Assembly: GCA_030141605.1 (NCBI GenBank)
Contig: JAQGDQ010000321.1
Span: forward strand, 62,001-126,000
Reading direction: 5' to 3'
DNA: 64,000 nt
Origin: Tubiluchus corallicola
Taxonomy: Eukaryota; Animalia; Priapulida
Of this stretch, positions 43,101 to 56,106 are shown piece after piece (the first letter of the stretch is position 1; every line of letters begins with the position of its first letter). The position numbers were made by a program, and so were the translations under genes. Below the pieces are notes generated by a model. The model was not told the DNA's origin. It saw nothing but the letters and a program-made list of their open reading frames with translations, and did no database searches.

Positions 43101-46100
43101 CTTCTTTCTACTTGTCATCATCGTGAAAGTGACGCCTCTTGCGACATGTCTGATTTATTGTTTGATACAAGTAGGTTCATGCATATTTGTGTACTTTATT
43201 GAAGACTGGCTGAGGCCTCCCTCACCACTGGTGTTGTTTTGTTTGTCATATTGGTGGAAGAGTGACCTAAACTGACATGGCACTGCCTTGCTGATTCTTA
43301 TGGTACATTTAGGGATATGCTACAGCATGTAGGTGTGCATTAATTGACAGGCAAACAGCCAATTTCAATCTTCATATGTGTGTGCAATATACTGCCATTA
43401 TGCATATTATTGATAGTTATTTCTTTGTTTGTGGAAACTGCAGACTGACTTTCAATTATGTTCAGTTTAAGGAGGATGGATTTAAACATAGAAATTAAAG
43501 TTTAAAAAGTTATACTTGCGTTAAACTGGCCATTTTCATCATTTTCAAAATCCTAAAGTTATATGATAGCTGTGTATTTTATTTTTTTATAAATTTACCT
43601 TGTTACTTTAATAATTATTTTTCATAGTCCCTGTGAAATTTTTTATGCTGAATTGCTATGATGCTTTAAGTATGAAAAAGTGGTTGCATTTTACGTACAT
43701 GTTAGTAAGCAGCTATGTACTTTTGTGTTTCATATTATATCTTATTGATTGGATGCTGTTTCAGGATGATCCACAATTAGCTGAAACCACTTTAGATGGA
43801 TTAAGACAGGTTATGGCAATCAAAAGCCGTGTAGTTCTTCCATACTTAGTACCGCAGCTTACCACCAGTCCTGTGAACACCAAAGCATTGGCATTTCTTT
43901 CTTCTGTTGCTGGCGAAGCATTGAATAAGCATCTAAGCAGAATCTTACCAGCTCTGTTAGGCGCACTAAATCATGCGGAAACATCAGAACAACAGGCACA
44001 GGTATCAATGTTCTACTGTGTTTCCTATTTAGAAGGTTTGCAGTGTAAAGAATTATTGTGTTATTGTTAGAAAATAGCTTGTTTTATACATGTCTTTTGT
44101 TCCAAATGAGCCTAATAATTTCATAGAGTAATGCCTGCATATGTTACAAATGCCATAAATTGTATATGTCAAAATCTGCTTGAAGGAGGAGGAAATACTC
44201 TTTCATCACAACGGAGGAATGCTTAAAATATTTTTAACTAGCCATTTGTAATGTAATTTAGTTAAATAATTTGAAATACAATTTAACTCAGCATTTGTGT
44301 TTTATGTCAAATTTTTTATTTTATTTAATAAAATTATGATTTGAGAAAAATTGAATATTGCTGTCCAGTATGATCATCAATTTTTGTTTTTTAAGGAATT
44401 AGACTACAGTCAGCAGGTGGTGTTAGCAGTGGTTGATGAAGATGGCGTTCGCATCATTATCACAGAATTACTGGAGATCTCACGCAGCCCGGATCTAGGC
44501 ATGCGACGCACTGCCTGTATGTTGCTAAATTCTTTTTGCACTCACACTAAAGCGGATTATGAACAACTCGTTCCACAGTTGATAAACGGTCTGATCAGAC
44601 TGTTTACAGACACCGACGAGCAGCTGTTGATTCAAAGTTGGCAAGCGCTTAGTGCCGTAACCAAGGTGAATAGATTAATCTGAATTAGCTAATTTGTAAT
44701 AGTAATTCTGAAAGCAAGTTAAACCTGTGTAGAACTAGTCTCGCACTATTAGTTCATGAAAACCTCCAGGTAATTGCACATTAAAAATAATGTTTCATTG
44801 TATATAGCGGATATAGCTCAAAATCTGTAATTTTGTACATATGTGGTTATTGCAGTATTGTTGTAATAGATAAATACTTCCTTATGTTTGATAAAATTGA
44901 GATATGCAATTGTAAGCAATAAATACAAAAAATACAATAAATAAATAAATAAAATCAACAAAACAAAACGTGTGTTATACATCGGACCAGTATTATTAAT
45001 TTTGAAGAAAAACGCAAGCATCCAAACGAGCTTTGAATACATTTTATTAAAATTATAATGTATAATCAAATGTAGTCAAAGCTGGTTTGGGCACTTGGCT
45101 TTTTATTCAATATCAAATAGATTTTTCAAAGAATTGTTGTCAGAACACGTCTCTATATTTACTTCTTTTCTAATGAAGTATAGTTTTATTTTAAAATTAT
45201 TAACTTGCTTTTATGTCGGTTGCAAACGCACTACGACACTATTAAGCAAGCACTGACTATAAACACTGAAATTCCTTTTACAGACGTTGGATCCATCACA
45301 GCAACTAACTCACGTCACTACACTAAGGCAAGCCATTCGCTTTACAACTTTAGACTGGAAACAGGAACTATTGCCCGGGTTTTGCCTACCGAAGGGCTTA
45401 ACACCCATCCTGCCGATATTCAGGGAAAGCATTCTTAATGGACCTCCAGAATTGAAAGAACAAGCTGCCATGGGTATTTTCACTTAGCATTTTTTTGTGT
45501 ATAGAATAGAACAGAAAAAATTATTTTACAGCATATGTAATGCTACAATAGTACAATAACAGTAATAAGAAAGCTGTTTTAAGGAGGAAGAAGGAGCAAG
45601 TGCTTCTAATCTTCCTCTTACAGGTGGACACCATAACTTTATTTTATAACTATATAAATTCAACTGAAAAAGCAAAATTATAAGTTCAGGAAACCTGTGA
45701 AAATTCAGGGAACAAGTACTACATTCCTCAAGGTAAGCAATTGAATATTTGAAAAGCTCTTCACCCAATTCTATGGTGCTAACAATGATCCTTAAAACAG
45801 TGTACCCTTCTGATAATACTGATCCTCTTGATTGTAAGAAGTTTATGTCTTATAGACTTTTCTTTATCTTGACTTACAGGATTGGGTGAAGTTATTAAAT
45901 TGACCAGTGCTGATTCTCTGAAGCCATCCGTAGTTAACATTACTGGACCACTGATTCGGATTTTAGGTGACCGCTTCAGTGCCAACGTCAAAGTTGCTGT
46001 TTTAGATACTTTGGCTCTATTACTAGGCAAGGTGAGATGCAGTTTTTTATTTACTGGATGTTCTTACATGTGTTATGTATTAAATTATGTGACTTAATTT

Positions 46101-49100
46101 AATTTGAACATAATTTATTTTAGGTTTGGATCATTCAATTTTTACAATATGATGTGGGGTCCTATCATCAGCACAGCATGTGTATTTACACTAACTATTA
46201 ATAGACCTGTTAATACATAAATCATAAAGATATGTACATTACAAAATTTACAGTGTGTACATTAATTACATACAGTATGTACAAAAGTAAAAGAAAGCAC
46301 TTGACTATTATTGTCCATTTATAGTATGTTAATAGCAATTTATAATTAACTAGTAAAAACCTTTTGTTATTCAAGTTGGATTCAGCTCTTTCATTATTGA
46401 TTTATGGAAGTCTGGTGGATTTTTAGTGATGAATACAAACATTTTTTCTTTTGACCTTTTTATTCTGAGGCAACGCTACTTTTTAGGTTGGGGTGATGCT
46501 GAAGCCATTTCTGCCGCAGTTGCAGACGACATTTGTGAAAGCTCTTAATGATCCAAACCGTAGCGTGCGACTGAGAGCTGCTAATGCACTTGGCAAGTTG
46601 ATAAAGATACATACGAAAGTTGACCCACTTGTACAGGAGCTACATTCGACTATCAAAACTAATGATGATTCATCCATTAGGTTTGTTATTTTTGTGTTGT
46701 TTCACACTTTGTTTCTTACAATTTTAATGTCAGTAAAATGAACCACTAATGCAGATAAATAGTTTTTGCTGCATGGTCTAACTTTTTTCACATTCTTACA
46801 TATGGAATTATAACTAGGATTGTAGATTTTACCGATTTATCATCAAATACTCGTTATTTTATATACCGGTGACTTTTGGCAGATCGAGGTCTAATATTAT
46901 AAGAGAAATCTACCTTCTAACCAAGTAAACATAGCAGTTAATCTGGCAAGTATTAGGTACTGCTATGCCAGTGGCTTGTCAGGACCACTTCAATTAAGAC
47001 GACCTCAAAGTTTTTATTAGACTGCAAATGTTTTGCAGATTTTATACAAGTAGTGATTACTGAGATTTTGTGCCAATAGTAAATTTAAAAGTTGAGCACC
47101 AATAGTGAAAGAGGTTTTGTACCAATAGTGAAGAAATTTTATACCAATTTTAAATACAAAACTTTTGTAGCAATATAATGAATGAAGACCAAGATAATAA
47201 GTGACATACTTTTCATTGTCGCTTCACGAGTTTGTAAAAAGGCAAACAGTATTTTATTTTACTCTCTTTTTGGAAATTTTTCTGTTTGTGATAGGAACTG
47301 CATTTTGATAAATTGCAAAGTTGGTGTGAATCAGTTCATTTTTTACTAGTCAAGCATCTCGATTGCTATGAAGTTAGCACAGTCATTGTAACAAGTAAAC
47401 GAGATGGAATCACTGGCTTTGCAAATACTAATTGTGGGTGATGACACATTTGAATGAAATACATTTGTTTCTAGTTAAATTTCTTCCGTAATTTTTCTTT
47501 TGCTGTTTTTTCTTACTTTTGGGCAAAAACTTGAACTACAAAATTTCACAAAGTGATTTCAAAAATTACTGATTTGTAAATGTTTGAAAAACTAACCACT
47601 TATTATTGGTCATGTATTTCAGAGAGACTACGCTACAAGCAATGCGGGATATCATCCATGGAGCAGGAAGCAGATTTGGGGATGGTGTGCGACGATCAGT
47701 AACATCCACCCTTGTTGATCTGTTGTCACATTCGGAAGATGTAACCAGGATGTCTGCTGCCGGTTGCTTAGGAACCATGTGCCAGTGGTTGCCAGAAGTA
47801 GAGTTGCAAGCACTGCTTATTGAGCATTTGACTGGTATGATCAACTATGTCAAGCACTTGTTTGTTTTTCATTTTAACTCATAAGACATTTTTCATTATT
47901 ATTCTTAATTATTCTTTTTTTGTGTTTTTTATGTAATTACGTTTTTGGAAAATTTCTTTGTTTTTGTGAATTTATCATTTTGAAAGGCAGAAGTTTTTGT
48001 TTCTTCTAGATGGAGATACATCATTGGATTGGGTTATCAGGCACGGACGTGCAACCGCTTTATCGATCGCACTAAAGATGGCGCCAAAATGTGTGTTAGA
48101 TCAGATGCAGGACAAGATTGAAAATGTTGCAATAACTCATTCGAATGCTGACCGGGTTTGTACACAAGTTTCATAAGCATGTTAGAGTGTATTTTTTGTA
48201 GGCTTAAAATAACTTCATGTATTTTAAAGTTATCAGAATTAATATTGTCATTAAAGTTTTGAACTAATTAAGACAATCTCGAAAGCTTCATTGTGAAACT
48301 TGTGTGAATTTTATGACCGAAAATGCTAAATCTATTTAATTGCAAGTAAAGTGTCATTACTATGCATGGCCGGTAAATTGTGCGCCACTGAAATGGTGTG
48401 TCCTCTGGTTTGCAAAATTGCATAAGCTACTAATTTTGTCTAAATGCTTTTCAACAAATGGCTGAATGTTGTTCATTCTTGTTATTTCATTATCAGTATG
48501 GGAAATCAGCAGCCATCTAAATTTAAATTCGTAAAAACTAGTTATGTACTTAGAGCTGCTTAATTATTTTAGATAGGAAAGTGCTTTTTAAAATTTCATT
48601 TCATGTTGAACCACTTTTCTTGTGTGAAATACAGCATGTTTTATTCTTTTGTGATTTTCAGATTCCTATTGCAATGGCAGGAATACGATCACTTGGGTTT
48701 CTTCTTCACCATCAGTTATCAGCAGAGTTGCCACCCTCATCTAACATTGTCACATCTCTGGGACGGGTTTGTCATTTTTTGCTTTTATAAGGAAAATCTC
48801 ATGTTTAATTACCCTTTGTACAACAATGGGTAGATAAACATGAGATTTTTCAAAGTTGCTATAATGTAAACTGCATGTTAAACAAATGTGTTGTTATATG
48901 TATTGTATTAGCACATTTGATATGAATTTTATATTGCTCTGTTTACTGAACGTATTGAAATCAAACAAACACAGTTGTTGTCCTATTGTAGAACACAGTT
49001 GTAGTGTTTTTTTATGTCAGAAGGTTTACTATCAGCTTAAAAATATGAAAATTTCAATTATTTTAATAGTTTTAAGGAGCATTTTATGTGTTATTAAATG

Positions 49101-50624
49101 AATTCATTAATGCACTTTGACCTACTAACCTTTCTTGAATTGATCCAAACCACCGCCTGCTGCTCAGTTGCTGCGGAACAGCTTTTTATGCTGGAAGTAC
49201 CTGAAAAGAGCTTGTTGAAGGACTTCTCTTCAAGTTTTTTCTCCCTGTTAGTAGGAGTAATTCCTTTGTCATGTAGATGATTCCAGGTACTGCGAGTAGC
49301 TTCAGCTCCTTTCTGGGTGCCTCCAGCATAAAAGGCTATTTTGTAGCAACTGAGTAGCAGCGCGTCATTTGGATCAATTCAATTTATAAATAAGGGTTAG
49401 CAGGTCAACGTGCATTAATGAATTCATGAAATGATGCATCAAAATACTAAAACTACTGAAATCATTGAAAATTAAACCTTTTGATGCACAAAAAGACTAT
49501 AGCTGTGTTTTACATAAATTATAAACGTTAATTTATGAAGTTGCAATCTTTGATATGTTGTAATTTTTTATAGTGCTTGAACCACACTTCAAATGAAATC
49601 AAACAACTAGCCGCACAGGTATGTTTACATGTTTCCAAGGCAACGCCCAGCGATCTTGATCCACAAGCAATCATGCGACCACTTGTGCCAGTTTTGGTAA
49701 ATGGGACAAAGGAGAAGAACTCTGTTGTGCGATCCTGCAGTGAGGTGGCGCTAGTATCAGTACTTAGACTACGTATTAGTGAAACTGTTTACCAGGTATT
49801 TATTTAGAACTAAGAGCTTCTCATTGTGTATCTTACTTAAAAGCTAGTTTTGCAATACAAATTGTATGAGATACGTGCAAAATTTTGTACAAATCCTATA
49901 AACAACTTTTTTGACACCACCTTCCCATAAATCAAGTTGTACTGCCCAAGTTTTATGCTCTTACTGTTTTTGTTTGTGGCATCCTGGTAGACTGCAAAGT
50001 GAAACAAAAATAAAATTGTTTTAAAAGTAACATTATTTAATATTGTTCTTAAACTTGAATTCTTTTTATTTGTAAGGGCTCTATGTGTTTGCTTTCACTA
50101 ACTTGTTTTGTTGAAATACGATATACATCCTTTTGTCTGCCATAATTTTAAATGGGTTTATTGGTTTTTGGCAGTTAGAAAATAGTCCAAATACAGCCAA
50201 AATCTTGGACTGCATACAAGTTGATGTTTTAGCAAATTTAGCTTTACAACTAGGTGTATTAATATATACATGTCTATGCAAATGTAGACGTTTTGTTTGT
50301 GTAAAAATTTGGGTGTTAAGCGAGATTGCCATTATAAAGGGGATGTTATAACAAGGTTTTGCTGTACCAATCTGTTAATTTAGGCCTTTAATGTATTGTA
50401 CTAAAGGTAACCAGTAATGCTCATGAAAAAATTGTGAAACTTATTGTTAAGAAGATAGCATTTTATCTCCTTATCAGAAATACTTTACTTTTCAGAATTA
50501 CTTAGCATTGATTGAACCAGGACCGAGGGATGCCTTGACTGATGTTTACATGAAATCACTGCGTAAACTTGCCAGTCAACCAGAGCCGAAAGACGAAGAG
50601 CTTGATAATACAGTACTAAAATGA
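10136..50624 (+). CDS. GCN1: GCN1, eIF2-alpha kinase GCN2 activator / stalled-ribosome sensor (HEAT-repeat protein), complete, 49 coding exons, about 2663 aa
   Basis: Exons: 10136-10156, 10573-10678, 11543-11600, 12146-12283, 12452-12566, 13742-13840, 14437-14571, 15530-15598, 15763-15946, 16495-16773, 18182-18355, 19160-19312, 19494-19586, 20205-20434, 21201-21381, 21888-22012, 23174-23352, 24943-25036, 25451-25573, 25775-25970, 26479-26628, 27014-27180, 28960-29184, 29527-29654, 30519-30708, 31231-31360, 31738-31844, 32852-33170, 33317-33439, 34587-34708, 35966-36080, 37037-37216, 37844-38064, 38827-39034, 40088-40284, 40698-40955, 41579-41794, 42311-42475, 42923-43084, 43765-44001, 44396-44665, 45284-45473, 45880-46031, 46487-46680, 47623-47834, 48010-48155, 48662-48766, 49574-49795, 50496-50624 (TGA). 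Lengths sum to 7992 nt, in frame. Hallmark GCN1 peptides include [97 protein letters not shown] and [16 protein letters not shown]. Confidence 0.97.
12618..13425. mobile_element. degenerate non-autonomous DNA transposon (hAT-like) in a GCN1 intron
   Basis: Clusters of subterminal TTCGGT motifs near both ends (about 12690-12720 and 13245-13355). The ends tattgatgcattgaa / tttggtgctccctta are weakly inverted. Boundaries are approximate. Confidence 0.35.
17400..17967 (+). mobile_element. Tc1/mariner transposase relic (3' part)
   Basis: From 17557 the sequence translates [10 protein letters not shown], like the SPDLNPLDYxIW third-catalytic-residue motif. It is followed by ECWDQI and VCSEDGEH C-terminal-like pieces and a TIR-like end tttttgtgccacctg. 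Frameshifted; left boundary approximate. Confidence 0.6.
22220..23112. mobile_element. hAT-like MITE in a GCN1 intron
   Basis: Inverted termini CAGGGCCGGCT...AGCCGTCTCTG; 8-bp flanks ctgtgata / ctgtttca (5/8, decayed TSD); a related end lies at 1213. Confidence 0.65.
25037..25450 (+). other. non-canonical GC-AG intron of GCN1
   Basis: Donor AAG|GCAAGT and acceptor TACAG|GAA. This junction gives in-frame ...EIELRK|EIERKKK; the nearby GT at 25041 shifts the frame. Confidence 0.85.
27218..27875. mobile_element. possible degenerate MITE
   Basis: Left end tagggccaacaataaag...tttctgtct resembles the reverse complement of the right end (taggtcaaccacaaaaaaattgtttctgtct). Confidence 0.3.
34958..35003. 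repeat. 23-bp perfect tandem duplication within a repeat-derived intronic segment
   Basis: acttaaactcaagttccaagttt occurs twice in tandem. Confidence 0.8.
40318..40355. repeat. perfect 17-bp inverted repeat (4-nt loop)
   Basis: atttcattaaccctatt-catt-aatagggttaatgaaat, starting 34 nt into a GCN1 intron. Confidence 0.8.
49049..49472. mobile_element. long-TIR foldback MITE in a GCN1 intron
   Basis: Imperfect inverted arms of about 170 bp, e.g. atgaattcattaatgcactttgacctactaacc / ggttagcaggtcaacgtgcattaatgaattcat and ctgctgctcagttgct / agcaactgagtagcag. Confidence 0.75.
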
Positions 50625-50827
50625 TATCAGGCTTGTTTTCAATTGCAAAGGTTTCTTTCCTCCAAATCGTGTGTTAAAAATCGTCTTGAGTTTTACTTTA
50701 ATCAATCAGATGCAGTTCATTGGTACCTTCTGAGGCTTAGGATTTGTTTTTTGTGGGTAATCATTTAATTAATACATTTGTTTATTTGTGGTGAAGAGAT
50801 GTTGTGTATTATCTAATTTTATGTAAG

Positions 50828-50833
50828 AATAAA
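50828..50833 (+). terminator. candidate GCN1 polyadenylation signal (alternative at 51444-51449)
   Basis: AATAAA about 200 nt after the GCN1 stop. The motif is common in this AT-rich DNA. Confidence 0.35.
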
Positions 50834-53800
50834 ATATTGAATGCCCCTTATAGTCTCAACAATAGATTATTTGTTTCCGTTTAGGAGCTTTTGCCCTAAC
50901 AGCCTGAAAATTACAGACAAAATGTTAAACAGTAGCTGTCAGTGTGACAAAAGAAAGGTATTCAATGTTTTATTCATGTTAAAGATAGCAAGTCTCAGGG
51001 GAGCTCTGTTATATTCTAATTTTATGTAGCTTCTAATTTTAAGAAGAAATGAGCCTAAGTTAAATCCTGATCATTTACCACATTCTGGATTGAAGCACAA
51101 AACTTTGAATTTCCCACAATTATAAAAGATTCTGTTTTCAGTTGGATGCTTTACTTTGCACTTGTGTTTTACAGTTTTCAAATGAAAATTTAAAAAAGTA
51201 TTTTCTGAAATAACGTTGCTGGAATCTTGGAATTGTTAAAATGATCATTTGTAAACAATCGTAGTTTGTTATTATCCAAGCATAATCTGGAGTAGGTGAA
51301 AGGTTTGCATGCAGCATGTAAGGGTTATAATAACGATGATTATTATAAACAATTTTTTGTTTTATAAACTCGGAGTTTATTGGCTTATAGTTTTTGGCTT
51401 TTAGCTGGGAATTATTATTTGTTGCAAAAATAATATACTGTACAATAAATATATAACCAAAATTGCTATATTTAGGAAAGCTGCTACCAGACGTATAGAA
51501 AAATGTCTGAAAAGAAAACGTAAGTCACGGATTAAACGACCTGCGCAGTACTCGACTTCTAAACATTTAAGTGAGACTGCAGAAACACAGTCTAAAAAAT
51601 ATGCTTTGATAAAGAGAATGCCAGGCTGGAAAACACTGACACAACTAAACTATTATACTGATGTAACTATATCCAGCATATTAATGATTTATACTGAACT
51701 ACGATAATTTAAAACTGATACACCTTAAAATACAGCAATTCTAGATAAACAGTCAATGGTACTTTTATATCTTATGTCAGGAATAAAAAATACAAATCTG
51801 ATGAAGAATTCCTTTATACAAACAAGCACTTAACTAAATAATCACAGTAAACAAGCACTTTTAAGTGAATGAAAAGTGCTTTCTTTTTGATAAATTGATA
51901 TGTAGCTGTAATTAAGTATCACAAGATGACATGCAATTATGACAGTCTGTATTAAAGAATCGAATCTGTGGGTGAAATCCTTTCTAATCATTTAATTACC
52001 AAATAACTGTTAATGAGTTTGTCCAATACAGAACTAATTGCAAAACTGACAAACTTGAAGCTGCTTGGCATGGATCTGTTTAACTCTGAATTTCTTATCA
52101 AGTAAGATTTCAAAGTAGCAATAGGGTAAAATGCTTAATCTAACTGAAGTTTCATATTTCACCTGAACAATTCTTTCCATCACTTGACATACAATCTATT
52201 GTAAACTTATGCAGAGATGATTTTTCCATTTTATAATGTTTAAAAATCTACTGAAAACCTAATTTTAAAAAGTGATTTGTGTGTATATACAGATGTAAAA
52301 TAAAGACCAAAAGTGTGACATTATGGTTATTACTGAGACTCAGAGTTTTATAGATACAGTCACAATTAATAAATAAAAAAAAACGTAATGTGGATTTGCT
52401 CAGCTATTTCAATATGATGCTATTTTGCTAAAACAGCTTTTTGAAATGGGATATTTGTACTATCAGAATTGGCAAACCATTTGGGAAATGCTAATATTCA
52501 GTTGTTCGTTCAGACTCTGTATTTTAACTGTCGACAGTTACAATAAAATTGTGACCTTTTACACATAAATGTCCCTGCATATAAAAATCAATATTGTCTA
52601 AATATATAACAATTATTGGAATTCCAGCCAAGGTAATATGCTGATACCTGTTTACATTAATTAGTCTTTCTCTGTTTAAAAAATATTAAAAAATAATGAT
52701 TATCCCAAGGCATTTCATTATTCTCCACTACCTCATACCTGTACCTATAGAGCAAAATCATAGTCTGTGCCACAGTACGATTATGAAGATGCTAAAAAGC
52801 AATTGTTATTAAAATATAAAGCTAAATCTTACATAAAAATAAAAATATATAATCTTAGTCTGAAATCTGAATCATTAAAATCAATGTAAAAAGCATATCA
52901 AGTTCTTAATAGTGTGAATACATAACTTTGTGAATGGGCCTAAGATCAAAAGTATAAAAGCTCAGCAAACACTTTTAATCCAGTATTTGTCACATTAAAA
53001 TGATTAGGATTACACAGTCATACTATAAGAGTTTTTCTAGTTTTATTTAATAATACAGCAAATTCACATTCACATATATTAAACAAAAAATATCTAGTAA
53101 TTCTACAAATACAATCATTTGCATTAACAATCAACGTTGAGCAGAAAGTAAAACCGCTCACTTTAAATTTAACTTGAATGATGTCTGATTCCCTTAAAAT
53201 TGTTTATAGACTAATAAGCTATGCTAATCAGTAACAACTATCAAATCTTTATGTAAAATATAAATACTAACTACTACTTCGCTAAAATACAGATCAATAA
53301 ATAAGTCATCTACCAGCTGTGTTTATGTTTGTCAACTTTTCCTAGAGTTATGTAATCACTCGTTTCCACTTTAAAAATTTCCCATTACCCTATCAAACAA
53401 GTATTTAATTTCATGTCAAACTACTTTTACAGTCAAATAAACAGGGAACAAAATACTGTCTAAGAACAAACATTGGTAAATGTAGCAGAAAAATAAAAAT
53501 GATATGTAAAAAAACATTGATCTTAAAGGAATTGTTTAATATAAAATGAATATACAAAAATCAGCACAAAAAGTCAGAGAGAAACACACTAAGAGAGCTT
53601 AAGAATCAGTATAATGGTGCAATGAAGTAATTAATTAGTGAAATAATTATGTGAGCAAAGTGGATGTTGCCTTGCTGAACAGACACACCAGAGGATGAAG
53701 TATGGTTGCACATTGATAATTCATAAAATTTACTTACACATAAGTGACCAAGGAAAAGTTTCTGACAGAAATTCACGCAATAAGCAAAAAGCTACACCCT

Positions 53801-54288
53801 GGCAAAGTGACAGCAATCTAAGAAATCGTACAGGACCAATCTGATCAAATGAATTTTTTTGCAAAAAATGCTTTTTATGGTTGGTATAAACACAAAATAT
53901 GTAAGGAAAATGCAAGATGCAGAGGTTAAATGCAATAACAATTTCTAATGTTTAACTGATAGATCTATAAATCAAACACCACTTTTTTATGAAATGTGAA
54001 GCATACAATTAAGCCTGAAAACTAATAATTTAATCAACATTGTGTAAACAGGGAAGCATAATGAGTTCTTAAAAAATAATAAGATAGTTCTACTTTAGCC
54101 ACAAAAACCAGAATTCAAGCAGCCCATCCCATTAATCTGATCACTACTTTAAGACAAATTGTTATGATTTTTAGTAAATACTTCACACACAGCATTGCCG
54201 ACTGATAAATTGATAATGAATGTACAATACACATAAATAGCAAGCAAAAATCTATTTGGATTACTCATAATTTAGTCAAATCTTTAGC

Positions 54289-55011
54289 TTACTGACTGGT
54301 TGCACTGGCATTTTTTCGCTGTTCTATGCGTTTACGTACCAGTGCCCCAAATTGTTCATGTAATTCAACAAAAGACTCTTTAGTAGATCCTACACTACTT
54401 GCGCTCTTACGTGAGTCTGAACTTGGAGAGCGCCTGTCTTTGTCTTTCGTTTTTGGATTCAAACAAAAAATGTCTGATTCAGTAACAGGAGGAATTTTGT
54501 TGAATGGGTTTATTCGCTGTGGTCGTTTGGAAGTTGTCCTGCGAGGAACTGCAACAGGTGATGATGAAAGTTCTTTTGTATCTTTTTCTTCAGCTTCATT
54601 TTTCTTCTCTATTTCAGTCAATTCTTCCAGTTGTTTCTCAAGCTCTAAAACCATCATTTTTACATAGTCGTATCCAGCACAAGCTATAGACTTCATCCAA
54701 CCTTCTAGTTCCTCTTGACTTTTGGCCGATAAAATATATGTTCGAGCACCAGCACCATGAAAAATAACTTTGAAAGAATATGGTTCTGTTTCATCCTCTG
54801 CCAGTTCAACAGTACACCCTTCCAGTATGATGACACCAGTAGGCTCCTTATCTTCTTCTTTCTCGAAATAAAACAACAAGTTTCCCTTTAGCTTAAAGTA
54901 TCGTTTTTGAAATGACCTATTAATCTCGCCCCGTTTTAGCAGGAATCCCTCACGGTCAATAGCAGAGTTGCTCATGGCAAATCTTATCACGTTTTTCTCA
55001 TTGATTTTCAT
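54289..55011 (-). CDS. PHETA1: sesquipedalian / IPIP27 / PHETA (FAM109) PH-domain endocytic adaptor, 240 aa, single coding exon
   Basis: MKINEKNVIRFA...DREGFLLKRGE...FQKRYFKLKGNLLFYFE...GVIILEGCTVEL...WMKSIACAGYDY is the PH domain, starting like the vertebrate MKLNE. A coiled coil (LELEKQLEEL) and a C-terminal F&H motif (FVELHEQF) follow. The ATG is at 55011; the ORF track extends past it to a non-ATG start. The symbol marks the family, not orthology to one vertebrate paralogue. Confidence 0.9.
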   Translation of the reverse strand: MKINEKNVIRFAMSNSAIDREGFLLKRGEINRSFQKRYFKLKGNLLFYFEKEEDKEPTGVIILEGCTVELAEDETEPYSFKVIFHGAGARTYILSAKSQEELEGWMKSIACAGYDYVKMMVLELEKQLEELTEIEKKNEAEEKDTKELSSSPVAVPRRTTSKRPQRINPFNKIPPVTESDIFCLNPKTKDKDRRSPSSDSRKSASSVGSTKESFVELHEQFGALVRKRIEQRKNASATSQ

Positions 55012-55736
55012 ATTGTTTTTGTAGTATCCCCTAGACTGAAAATATACCAAAATATTTAAACTAAGATGATGCCGACATTCTTATGCCAATTCTAACAAGT
55101 TTTTAATATATTAAAAATGTCTAGAGATGCTAGATCATTCCTGTGCAAAAATGGATTTACCTCACTGAAAAATATTCAAGTAATGTGACAATTATATCTA
55201 TATTGAGGTTTTAGAAATTCATTTTGTTTGTGGTTACTACACTAAAACTGGTAACTGAACAAAGGTGAAAAGTGAGTGATTGAACATGACTGTACTGTTT
55301 CAATAAGACGTTAGCTAAATTTTTATACCTCTTAAAATTTTAAAATAGCTGTACTACTGATACAATTAGACACAATAATAATTTCATTATTCATTTTGTT
55401 GCATCTTTTCACTTTACATTTGTTTTTGTTCAATTTTGGTCTGTTGCCCAATGCAGAAACAAATTAACCAGGGAGATCAGAAAAGACAGAAGAAAATATG
55501 AAAACCGAACAGCTGAGAGGTAAAGGGCAATCCTAACCATGTTTGTGCAGAACTATCCCTCTGTCAGTTTAACATCCTATAACAAGTTCATGTGTTAATA
55601 AATAAGTTACGAAAGACTAGCATTCAGTGTGCAGATGCAGTCAGAACTTTAGACAAAAAGCTCTTTTATTAATAAAGACAAAAATGTAACTGGAAAACTG
55701 TACAAAAGTTTTGTTAGACCAATCTTGCACTACTGC

Positions 55737-56106
55737 TTACAGTAACTCATCATTTACGATTAAAAGAGCCCAGACATGAGCAAGAAACACATGGCCGTCG
55801 TGCTTTTGCTGTTAGTGCTAAATTATTGTGGAATCGCTTAGCATTAACTATACGTTATTAATCATCATTACAAGTTTTTAAAAGACACTTAGAAACCACC
55901 TTTTTAGGCAACATTATGGATCACAGTTTTATTAGTACACTATTTAATTTTACGATGACTTTTAAAATCTTATAAGCTTAGCAGTATTTACAATTAATAT
56001 AATTTTGTGATTTTAAGACTGATTAATTTATAATGACTGTGTCGGTAATTGTAAATTCTAACTTTTTAGTTGTGACACACTCTACAAAGAATAAATTATT
56101 ATTATT
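55737..56106 (+). mobile_element. 5'-truncated L2-like LINE 3' end nested in the CR1-like relic
   Basis: GRRAFAVSAKLLWNRL...SSLQVFKRHLETTF (L2-type ORF2 terminus), then an AT-rich 3'UTR ending in AATAAA plus an (ATT)n tail. Confidence 0.65.

Noticed and set aside
47070-47180. Degenerate repeats of ccaatagtg
   Set aside because: Few, diverged copies; ordinary decayed minisatellite.
54326-54689. Plus-strand ORFs (113 and 61 aa) overlapping sesquipedalian
   Set aside because: Antisense shadows of the real coding exon, with no recognisable protein features.
55012-55050. 13-aa N-terminal extension of the 253-aa ORF
   Set aside because: It starts at a non-ATG codon in intron-like sequence containing candidate acceptors. 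The family-typical start is MKINE at 55011.
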